A DNA stretch of 64,000 nucleotides. It comes from an uncultured Candidatus Saccharibacteria bacterium (GTDB lineage: Bacteria > Patescibacteriota > Minisyncoccia > Phycocordibacterales > DATDWN01). The stretch lies in NCBI GenBank assembly GCA_964551495.1, contig CAZKCA010000002.1, forward strand, positions 19,648 to 83,647, written 5' to 3'. The position numbers and the translations under genes are program-made. This document shows positions 37,965-44,809 of the stretch, one piece after another. Positions within the stretch are counted from its first letter, which is position 1, and every line of letters starts with the position of its first letter. The notes beneath the pieces were generated by a model, which made no database searches, was not told the origin of the DNA, and saw nothing but the letters and a program-made list of their open reading frames with translations.

Positions 37965-38612
37965 GTGAAAAAGTTTGTCTCGCTCTTTGCAATCCTTTTG
38001 GCGATCGTACTCGCGACCGCCTCCATGAACGCTCAAGAAAACCGCAAGGTTGCCTTTTATGCTATCGGTGCTGGTAGCATCGATAGTGGATCTTCTTCCA
38101 GCAACATCAGCGGACTTGGCACCCAAGTGGGTGCTGGTGTCGACATCAATCCTGAGGGCTTTGGCCTTGGACTACGGTTTACCAACGGCTCCCCTGTGGA
38201 CCAAAGCTTCAGTCGAGGCTTTGATAACCTTCCTCCGTGGTATACGGGGCAAGTTCCTCAAGCCAACTATAGGACCGAAAACAGAAGCCGAGTCTTCTCA
38301 GCAATGTTCCAGAAAGGGTTCGGCAACCAAAAAGCCAAACTTATTCTGGGTGCTGGACCAGGAGTTCTGCTAACCCGTTCAAACATCACGGAAAGTTACA
38401 CCGGTGTACCGGCAAACTTTCCTTTTGGAGACACTTCCACAAGAAGTTTCTCTAACAAGCAGAACACTTTTGTCGGCACCTTCGGCGCCACAATTGTCGT
38501 CCGAGGAGGAAAAAACTTCGACTTTCGGTTCGGGGTTCAATATCTCCGAGGATTTACCGGAGAAAAACAGTCTTTCATTATGCCCGTTGGCGGTGCCGGC
38601 GTTGGCTTCTAG
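37965..38612 (+). CDS. outer-membrane-protein-like 8-strand beta-barrel protein (OmpX/OmpW/PF13505-like pattern), strongly GC-elevated
   Basis: GGAGG lies 7 nt before GTG 37965. Signal peptide VKKFVSLFAILLAIVLATASMNAQE. Amphipathic strands alternate (KVAFYAIGAG, GTQVGAGVDI, GLGLRFTNG, RVFSAMFQKGF, KLILGAGPGVLL, FVGTFGATIVVR, FDFRFGVQYLRG, SFIMPVGGAGVGF). The terminal Phe matches the OMP C-terminal signature. Confidence 0.6.
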   Translation: MKKFVSLFAILLAIVLATASMNAQENRKVAFYAIGAGSIDSGSSSSNISGLGTQVGAGVDINPEGFGLGLRFTNGSPVDQSFSRGFDNLPPWYTGQVPQANYRTENRSRVFSAMFQKGFGNQKAKLILGAGPGVLLTRSNITESYTGVPANFPFGDTSTRSFSNKQNTFVGTFGATIVVRGGKNFDFRFGVQYLRGFTGEKQSFIMPVGGAGVGF

Positions 38613-38640
38613 TTCTTCCCGCCCCTTGGGGCGGACAAAG

Positions 38641-38691
38641 AAATCCCATAATTTGGGCTTCCACGTGGAAGCTCCAGATTATGGGATTTTT
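38641..38691 (+). terminator. two-tier hairpin terminator after the beta-barrel gene
   Basis: AAATCCCATAAT...ATTATGGGATTT (12 bp) encloses the 16-nt palindrome GCTTCCACGTGGAAGC and is followed by a T-run. Additional hairpins lie at 38619-38634 and 38704-38724. Confidence 0.7.
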
Positions 38692-38731
38692 CTATTACAC
38701 TAAGTGTCAAGGGGCATCCTTGACATATTTT

Positions 38732-39211
38732 TTACAAAAACAAAAGAATAGCCAAAGGAACCAAAGTTAACCAGAACATATAATCATTTGAGAAAATGTT
38801 ATCCACACTACTTCCAAAGTTGTAAAAAGAATCTAGTGACACAACAGAATAGCTAAAGACTAATACCAAGACAACTAAAGCAAGTGAGTAAGCTATGATT
38901 TTCAGATATTTTGACCCGCCATATCCAACAGAAGAAACATACCTGCCAATTATTATATCTAGTGGTATTAGGAATATTAGAAATAAGACCACTTTATTTA
39001 TAAGCAAAGCTACACCCCCATCCATAAACAAAAGTTTATCTGTAAAAGGAAAACTACTAAAAAGATAAAGTGCTGGATAGAAAGAAAGAATAAGAGAAAT
39101 CATTCTGTTCTTTCCAAAGTAAAGAGCGTAAGAAAAAAATATAATGAATAAAACTAATAAAGCGATTATATCAGTTGAAACAAAAGAACCATTTAAAAGA
39201 TTTGAGAACAT
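38732..39211 (-). CDS. polytopic membrane protein (possibly CvpA-like), hypothetical
   Basis: 159 aa with ~4 TM helices. Confidence 0.5.
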   Translation of the reverse strand: MFSNLLNGSFVSTDIIALLVLFIIFFSYALYFGKNRMISLILSFYPALYLFSSFPFTDKLLFMDGGVALLINKVVLFLIFLIPLDIIIGRYVSSVGYGGSKYLKIIAYSLALVVLVLVFSYSVVSLDSFYNFGSSVDNIFSNDYMFWLTLVPLAILLFL

Positions 39212-39252
39212 ATAAATATATTATACAGACAAAACAAAAAGAAAAAAGGAGG

Positions 39253-40335
39253 TTATACCCCCTCTTTTCTTAACTCCTCTACTATTTTCTTTGCACTTTT
39301 GGAAAGTTTGTTTGGAAGAACAATCTTTATATTTACCAATATGTCCCCTCGTCTGTTTTTGTCATAAGGTACACCTTTATTTTTTATCTTCAAGATTTCT
39401 CCGTGAGAAATACCCTCTGGAATTTTTAGAGAAATATCACCATCTAGTGTTTTGATACTATACTCTGCACCAAGCAAAGCATCTGAAAGTTTTACACCCA
39501 AATCCATCACAAGATTTTCTCCAACTTTCTTGAAAGTAGAATGTTTTTTGACATAAATCTTTATATACAAGTCCCCTGGTTGTCCATGAGATATTGCCTC
39601 TCCTGCACCAGAAAGACGGATCATCTCTCCATTTTCTATACCAGCTGGAATATGGACTTTAATTTCACTTTCTTTTTTGTTTATACCTGCACCTTTACAT
39701 ACAGAACACTTAGTCTTTGGAACCTTCCCAGATCCTCCACAAGTAGAACAAGTGACAATATTTTCAAAACTACCAAAGAAAGATTGTTTTACTTCACGTA
39801 TGCTTCCATTTCCATTACAAGTAGTACAAGTAACCATCTCAGAACCTTTTTCTGCTCCTGTACCAGAACAATGACCACATTCAGAAGCTTTGTTTAGAAG
39901 AATTTTTCTTTCAACTCCAAAAATAGATTCTTCAAAAGAAACTTCTAGGTCAATAGAAATATCTCTTCCTCTTTTTACTTTCTGTCTTCTTCCGCCACCA
40001 AACACATCTCCGAATATGTCTCCTAGATCAAACTCAAAGCCTCCCGCACTTCCCTGATTGAACCCAGAAAAGTCAAAACCTCCAAATCCACCGAAGCCTT
40101 GGCCAGCCCCTGGACCTCCTCCGCCAGCAAAAGTCCTACCATAAGCATCGTATTCTGCTCTTTTCTTATCATCAGACAGGACAGAATAAGCCTCATTTAC
40201 TTCTTTGAATTTAGCATCATCTCCATCTTTTTTATCCGGATGATACTTATGAGCCAAAGTTCTGAAGGCTTTTTTTATTTCATCTTTGGAAGCCTTTTTT
40301 GGGACTCCCAATACTTCATAGTAATCTTTTGACAT
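39253..40335 (-). CDS. dnaJ: molecular chaperone DnaJ
   Basis: J-domain with HPD (KYHPDKK), G/F-rich linker and four CxxCxGxG zinc motifs. Confidence 0.97.
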   Translation of the reverse strand: MSKDYYEVLGVPKKASKDEIKKAFRTLAHKYHPDKKDGDDAKFKEVNEAYSVLSDDKKRAEYDAYGRTFAGGGGPGAGQGFGGFGGFDFSGFNQGSAGGFEFDLGDIFGDVFGGGRRQKVKRGRDISIDLEVSFEESIFGVERKILLNKASECGHCSGTGAEKGSEMVTCTTCNGNGSIREVKQSFFGSFENIVTCSTCGGSGKVPKTKCSVCKGAGINKKESEIKVHIPAGIENGEMIRLSGAGEAISHGQPGDLYIKIYVKKHSTFKKVGENLVMDLGVKLSDALLGAEYSIKTLDGDISLKIPEGISHGEILKIKNKGVPYDKNRRGDILVNIKIVLPNKLSKSAKKIVEELRKEGV

Positions 40336-40370
40336 ATTTTTATTATAGTTTTTTTGGTTGATTAGTATAC

Positions 40371-40398
40371 TTGACTAGAGCCAATTTTCTGGTAATGT
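40371..40398 (+). promoter_or_regulatory. putative promoter of the 82-aa accessory ORF
   Basis: TTGACT, 16 nt, TAATGT. GGAGG at 40406-40410. Confidence 0.45.
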
Positions 40399-40414
40399 TT
40401 GGTCTGGAGGAAAA

Positions 40415-40663
40415 ATGTTCACAATCATTTTGGATAGAAATAGAACCATTGAATTTGGTGAATTTGAATCTATAGAAAAGGCACAGGAACTTTTAAAAGA
40501 TAAGGGGTGGGAACAAATCAATCTTAATAACTTTATTGTAAGAACACGATATCGTTCTTATTCTGCTCAGATCATAAGAGCAAACGAAAGGAAACCTCAC
40601 ACAGACTTGCCAACCAGATCAAACTATAGTTCAAATCCCCACGACAGTGAAATGATAATTTGA
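40415..40663 (+). CDS. hypothetical 82-aa protein
   Basis: It has its own promoter-like signal, a GGAGG SD and a downstream hairpin (AGCCACGGT...ACCGCTGGCT followed by a T-run). No family was recognised. Confidence 0.5.
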   Translation: MFTIILDRNRTIEFGEFESIEKAQELLKDKGWEQINLNNFIVRTRYRSYSAQIIRANERKPHTDLPTRSNYSSNPHDSEMII

Positions 40664-40766
40664 ATCTAGGATTTCCTACAAAAGCCACGGTAACCACCGC
40701 TGGCTTTTTCTTTTATCCAACTTCCAACTTTAGATCAAAATAATTCTAACAAAAAAATAATTGAGT

Positions 40767-40896
40767 TTAAATGAAATCTCGTTGAGGCACTGTATTTTTG
40801 GAGACTTCGCAAGCGCGACGGCGCGAGACCGAGCAAAATTTCAGCAGAAATTTATGCGTGCTCCAAAAATACAGTGCCGAGAAAGAGATTTCATTT
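40767..40896 (+). repeat. nested-hairpin palindromic element, family 1, copy A
   Basis: 13-bp outer stem (TAAATGAAATCTC/GAGATTTCATTTA), internal loop, 18-bp perfect middle stem (GGCACTGTATTTTTGGAG) and a 57-nt core ACTTCGCAAGCGCGACGGCGCGAGACCGAGCAAAATTTCAGCAGAAATTTATGCGTG. Confidence 0.85.
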
Positions 40897-40915
40897 ATCA
40901 AAAATTTAGTAATCC

Positions 40916-42829
40916 TTACTTCTGATCTTCATTCTTTTTTTCTTCAAACTCCGCATCCCTTACATTCCCCTCTTTATTCTCTTCTGCTTTATTCTCAGAA
41001 GAATTCTCTTGAGTTTGCTTGTTTAGGATTTCACCGATTTTTGATATTTCAGATGAAAGTGTTTCTGTGGCTTTCTTTATAGTTTCCAAATCTTCACCTT
41101 CTTTAGCTTTCTTCAAATCCGCTACTTTTGTTTCTATAGAAGTTTTTAGATCTGCTGGTACTTTATCTCCTGCATCTTTCAAAGACTTCTCAGATGTGTA
41201 TATAAGCTGTTCAGCCAAGTTTTTGACCTCTGCCAAGTCTTTCTTCTTTTTATCTTCTGTAGCATGAGCTTCTGCATCTTTTTGCATTTTCTCAATATCT
41301 TCTTTAGACAAACCAGAACGAGCCTCTATCCTGATGGATTGTTCTTTTCCTGTCGCTTTATCTTTTGCTTTAACAGAAAGAATTCCATTTGCATCTACAT
41401 CAAAAGTAACTTCAACTTGTGGCATACCACGAGGAGCTGGCGGAATACCGTCTAGGATAAATCTTCCAAGAGATTTGTTATCACTTGCCATTGCTCTTTC
41501 ACCTTGGACTATATGAATCTCTACAGAAGTTTGATTATCTGCTGCAGTAGAGAACACTTGAGATTTAGAAGCTGGGATTGTTGTATTTCTTTCAATAAGA
41601 TGTGTTGCAACTCCTCCCATTGTTTCTATACCAAGAGAAAGTGGAATAACATCCAAAAGCAAAACATCTTTGACGTCCCCTGACATAATACCCCCTTGAA
41701 TAGCAGCGCCTAGAGCAACAACTTCATCTGGGTTAATAGACTTGTTTGGTTCTTTTCCAAAATATTCTTTAACTCTTTCTACCATTTTTGGCATTCTTGT
41801 TTGTCCTCCAACCAGTATAACTTCATTTATATCACCCACAGAGAAGCCAGAAGCCTCCATAGCTCTCTTTGTGATAGACATAGCCCTATCTATGAATTCT
41901 TCTGTAAGTTCCTCTAATTTAGCCCTTGTAAGCTTTATAAGAAGGTGTTTTGGTCCAGAAGCGTCAGATGTAATGAAAGGAATATTTACCTCTGTCTCAA
42001 CTGCAGAAGAAAGCTCAATCTTTGCCTTCTCAGCTGCTTCATCTAACCTTTGCAAAGCCAAGTTATCAGATCTTAAATCAATTCCATTTTCTTTTTTAAA
42101 TTCATCAGCAAGGTAGTTTATTATTTTCTGATCAATATCTTTTCCTCCCAAGTGACTGTCTCCATCTGTAGATTTTACTTTGATATCTCCACCAACTTCG
42201 TCCACATCAACCTCCAAAACAGAAACATCAAAAGTTCCACCTCCAAAGTCAAAAACGACTATCTTTTCATCTTTTCTGTTTTTATCAAATCCATACGCAA
42301 GAGCCGCTGCAGTAGGTTCGTTTATAATTCTTTTTACATCTAGGCCAGCGATGGCTCCGGCGTCTTTTGTGGCTTGTCTTTGAGAGTCGTTAAAGTATGC
42401 GGGTACTGTAATAATCGCTTCTGTAACTTTTTCACCGATTTTAGCTTCAACATCTGCTTTGATTTTAGAAATAATCATGGCAGAAATTTCTTCCGGAGTA
42501 TATTCCTTATCATTCATTTTTACTTTTACTCCACCATTTGAAGCTTTTATCATTTCGTAAGGCACAATACCTTTATCTTTTTGGACTGGAGCATCTTCAA
42601 ATTGATGTCCGATAAATCTTTTTATTCCAAAAATTGTGTTTTTTGGATTTGTTACTGCTTGCCTTTTAGCCAAAAGGCCTACAAGTCTTTCTCCTGTTTT
42701 TGATACAGCAACAATAGAAGGGGTAGTTCTAGCGCCTTCTGCATTTTCCAATATTTTTGGCTGTCCAACTTCCATAACTGCCACAGCCGAGTTTGTTGTT
42801 CCAAGATCAATTCCAATTATTTTAGACAT
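40916..42829 (-). CDS. dnaK: molecular chaperone DnaK (Hsp70)
   Basis: [18 protein letters not shown] and the rest of a full-length Hsp70. 637 aa. Confidence 0.98.
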   Translation of the reverse strand: MSKIIGIDLGTTNSAVAVMEVGQPKILENAEGARTTPSIVAVSKTGERLVGLLAKRQAVTNPKNTIFGIKRFIGHQFEDAPVQKDKGIVPYEMIKASNGGVKVKMNDKEYTPEEISAMIISKIKADVEAKIGEKVTEAIITVPAYFNDSQRQATKDAGAIAGLDVKRIINEPTAAALAYGFDKNRKDEKIVVFDFGGGTFDVSVLEVDVDEVGGDIKVKSTDGDSHLGGKDIDQKIINYLADEFKKENGIDLRSDNLALQRLDEAAEKAKIELSSAVETEVNIPFITSDASGPKHLLIKLTRAKLEELTEEFIDRAMSITKRAMEASGFSVGDINEVILVGGQTRMPKMVERVKEYFGKEPNKSINPDEVVALGAAIQGGIMSGDVKDVLLLDVIPLSLGIETMGGVATHLIERNTTIPASKSQVFSTAADNQTSVEIHIVQGERAMASDNKSLGRFILDGIPPAPRGMPQVEVTFDVDANGILSVKAKDKATGKEQSIRIEARSGLSKEDIEKMQKDAEAHATEDKKKKDLAEVKNLAEQLIYTSEKSLKDAGDKVPADLKTSIETKVADLKKAKEGEDLETIKKATETLSSEISKIGEILNKQTQENSSENKAEENKEGNVRDAEFEEKKNEDQK

Positions 42830-42849
42830 AGTTTTTAGATTAAGTTAGG

Positions 42850-42980
42850 AATCAATAAATCCTTGCCTTGCCATACCTTTTGTGGAGCACGCATAAATTT
42901 CTGCTGAAATTTTGCTCGGTCTCGTGCCGTCGCACTTGCGAAGTCTCCACAAAAGGTACGACTTCGACGTGATTTATTGA
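42850..42980 (-). repeat. nested-hairpin palindromic element, family 1, copy B (inverted relative to the other copies)
   Basis: The reverse complement carries the same core with a compensatory pair change (GCGC..GCGC becomes GTGC..GCAC). It has unique outer (ATCAATAAATC) and middle stems. It lies 21 nt upstream of the dnaK ATG. Confidence 0.85.
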
Positions 42981-43024
42981 TAACAAATTTTTAAGATCGA
43001 ATAATTTAAGTAGATAAATTAAAT

Positions 43025-43161
43025 AATTCAAAACATTCGCAGGTTTTTGGCTGAAATAAAAGCGAGAAGCGCCAGCCGGAGACACTGTCTGAGCGTAGCG
43101 AGTTTGGCGAGAGGCCAGCTTTGAGTGCTTTATTTCACAAAAACCGAGGACGTTTTGAATT
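43025..43161 (+). repeat. nested-hairpin palindromic element, family 2, copy 1
   Basis: Outer stem AATTCAAAAC/GTTTTGAATT. Conserved unpaired ATTCGCAGG and CCGAGGAC. Inner stem TTTTTG..TGAAATAAA(A)GC / GCTTTATTTCACAAAAA. GC-rich centre. Confidence 0.7.
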
Positions 43162-43169
43162 GTTTACAT

Positions 43170-43478
43170 TTAGCTGATCTTATAGGATGGAGCGCGAGGT
43201 TTTGAACCTAAGAAAGATAGAATATTAAAATCAAAATATGGAGAAAGTATTTTATGATCTTTTTCTTTTTCTACCTCAAACTCAAAATTATCTTTAAGTG
43301 TCTCAAGACACAAAACTTCTTTATTTTCCAAACTTTCATCTAAGTAAACCACATTTAAAAGTCTAGCTTTTACTCTCCCGGATTCTTGGTACACACAAAA
43401 AGAGGCCCTGACAAGTCTTCCATCCTTGTCCCTCAAAACTTTTTCTATTAGATTGCCTCTAGGAGTTGTTATTTTCAT
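43170..43478 (-). CDS. hypothetical protein
   Basis: ORF-track 43170..43490 begins at TTG, so I prefer ATG 43478 (MKITTPRGN). A TATAAT lies on the minus strand at 43500..43495. No family was recognised. Confidence 0.5.
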   Translation of the reverse strand: MKITTPRGNLIEKVLRDKDGRLVRASFCVYQESGRVKARLLNVVYLDESLENKEVLCLETLKDNFEFEVEKEKDHKILSPYFDFNILSFLGSKPRAPSYKIS

Positions 43479-43523
43479 AATAGTTAACAAGTAAATTATA
43501 CCAAAGACTTCCCTATTGTGTAG

Positions 43524-43552
43524 TTGATTATAATATCAAAATGTGATATAAT
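43524..43552 (+). promoter_or_regulatory. putative promoter of the 101-aa ORF
   Basis: TTGATT, 17 nt, TATAAT with an extended TG (TGATATAAT). GGAGG at 43560-43564. Confidence 0.5.
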
Positions 43553-43570
43553 TAATAATGGAGGTCCGAA

Positions 43571-43876
43571 ATGGCTCTGAAAAAGAGATTGAAAGATATT
43601 GAGGCTTTACTTGCAATTTTAACACAAGGTTGGAGTGATCAAAAAATATTCCAAGAATCTATACCTCAATATTCAGCTCTTGATGATACTCACGAGTACA
43701 CATTAAACTACGGGTGGGCAGGTATTATTAACAACTTAGCAAAGTTACTAGGTTTTGAACCTTATATCAAAAAAGCTCATGAACCAACCATCACTTCAAG
43801 CAAATTAGATTCTCTAATAAGTGAAGCAGAATGTTTTATTGATTTTTTTGAGGAGAATACCAAAAGCGGCCAATAG
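43571..43876 (+). CDS. hypothetical 101-aa protein
   Basis: Strong promoter and SD. It converges on grpE. No family was recognised. Confidence 0.55.
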   Translation: MALKKRLKDIEALLAILTQGWSDQKIFQESIPQYSALDDTHEYTLNYGWAGIINNLAKLLGFEPYIKKAHEPTITSSKLDSLISEAECFIDFFEENTKSGQ

Positions 43877-43885
43877 GTCGCTTTT

Positions 43886-44488
43886 CTATTTCTTAAACTC
43901 CCCTACTTTTACCTTTGGAGGACGAATTATTTTATCATTTAGTTTGTAACCAAGACTTAAGACTTCCACTACCTTATGGTCGTCTTCTTTTTTATCTACT
44001 TCTACATTTTCTATGGCTTCGTCTCTATTTGGATCAAAAATCTCTCCTATTGGATTTATTTGAGATACTCCATGATTTACTAAAACATTTAAAAGTTGTG
44101 AGTGAATATACTCTACTCCCACACGCCAGTTTTTATCTACTTTTTCCCAAGCTTCTTTATTTTTAAAGGCAGACTCAAAAGAGTCTAATACTGGAATAAG
44201 TTCATTTACAATATCTTCTTTAGCAAATTTTATAAAATTATCTCGTTCTGAAGCGTCTTGTTTTCTAGCATTTATAAAGTCAGCTTTGTCTCTTTGCCAA
44301 TTGTTCAAAAGGTCAGCTTTTTCTTTTTCAAGCTCTTTTATGCGCTTTTTAAGCTTTGCCAGTTTTGCATTTGCATCAACAGAAGTAACTTCTGTGTTTT
44401 CTTCAAACACAACATCATCAGAGTCAATTTCTGTTTCTTCTATCTCATCTTGAGATATCTCTTCTTCTTTTTTTAGATCGTCGTTCAT
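43886..44488 (-). CDS. grpE: nucleotide exchange factor GrpE
   Basis: Acidic N-terminus, coiled coil and C-terminal pattern VLDSFE...VGVEYIHSQLLNVL...GYKLNDKIIRPPKVKV. The ORF-track start at 44527 is TTG, so I prefer ATG 44488 (MNDDLKK). Confidence 0.9.
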   Translation of the reverse strand: MNDDLKKEEEISQDEIEETEIDSDDVVFEENTEVTSVDANAKLAKLKKRIKELEKEKADLLNNWQRDKADFINARKQDASERDNFIKFAKEDIVNELIPVLDSFESAFKNKEAWEKVDKNWRVGVEYIHSQLLNVLVNHGVSQINPIGEIFDPNRDEAIENVEVDKKEDDHKVVEVLSLGYKLNDKIIRPPKVKVGEFKK

Positions 44489-44527
44489 AGAAAGAATACT
44501 ACCAAAAGTTACTAAATTTTCAAACAA

Positions 44528-44649
44528 TTAAATCTTATTGAGGTATGGTATTTTTGGAGACTTCGCAAGCGCGACGGCGCGAGACCGAGCAAAATTTCAG
44601 CAGAAATTTATGCGTGCTCCAAAAATACTATACTGAAAAAGAGATTTAA
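44528..44649 (+). repeat. nested-hairpin palindromic element, family 1, copy C
   Basis: The core is identical to copy A. The stems are different but complementary (TTAAATCT/AGATTTAA and GGTATGGTATTTTTGGAG/CTCCAAAAATACTATACT, the latter with two G:T pairs). Confidence 0.85.
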
Positions 44650-44665
44650 TGATAAATATAAACCA

Positions 44666-44687
44666 AAAATCTCCCGAAGGAGATTTT
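44666..44687 (-). terminator. rho-independent terminator, probably the ancestral rpsI terminator
   Basis: AAAATCTCC-cgaa-GGAGATTTT, 4 nt downstream of the relic rpsI stop. Confidence 0.7.
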
Positions 44688-44691
44688 TTAA

Positions 44692-44718
44692 TTAACGTTT
44701 TGACCACTGTGGAGCCTT
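44692..44718 (-). pseudogene. relic duplicate of the rpsI 3' end (KAPQWSKR + stop)
   Basis: The minus strand reads AAG GCT CCA CAG TGG TCA AAA CGT TAA. The live gene end is AAG GCT CCA CAG TGG AGT AAG AGA TAG (44836..44810). The first 15 nt are identical and the remaining codons, including the stop, differ only by synonymous changes. Confidence 0.55.
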
Positions 44719-44809
44719 ATTGCCGAAGCACTGAAGCAAAGCTTAGTACTCGACTGCGGAAGACTAACGTAATTTGAAATAATTACAGACTACCGAATAG
44801 ACAGTAAAA

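Noticed and set aside
38050-38703. ORFs 38050..38373 and 38404..38703 (+), and 37938..38126 (-).
   Set aside because: They are alternative frames within the GC-rich beta-barrel gene. High GC suppresses stops in all frames. Only the 37965 frame has an SD, a signal peptide and a coherent protein pattern.
31234-38731. The accessory region could be a prophage or an integrative element.
   Set aside because: No integrase, terminase, capsid, tail or replication genes are present. There are no flanking direct repeats and no tRNA.
40798-41082. ORF-track products 40798..41082 (+) and 42852..43085 (-) share ETSQ-RR-ETEQNFSRNLCVL, which looks like a conserved small protein.
   Set aside because: The shared peptide is simply the translation of the repeated element core. 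The ORFs extend into antisense dnaK or unrelated flanks, and the other copies (C, D) do not maintain the frame.
40767-44649. The elements upstream of grpE/dnaK could be CIRCE/HrcA operators.
   Set aside because: The CIRCE consensus TTAGCACTC-N9-GAGTGCTAA is absent. Only a weak half-like GAGTGCTTTA occurs at ~43123. The same element also occurs inside mnmA and near alaS.
44719-44809. The spacer between the two rpsI ends might be a tRNA or another small RNA gene acting as an integration target.
   Set aside because: I could not fold a cloverleaf or find a T-loop (GTTCGAATC-like) motif. Only short weak hairpins are present, such as GTAATT-atttca-AATTAC.
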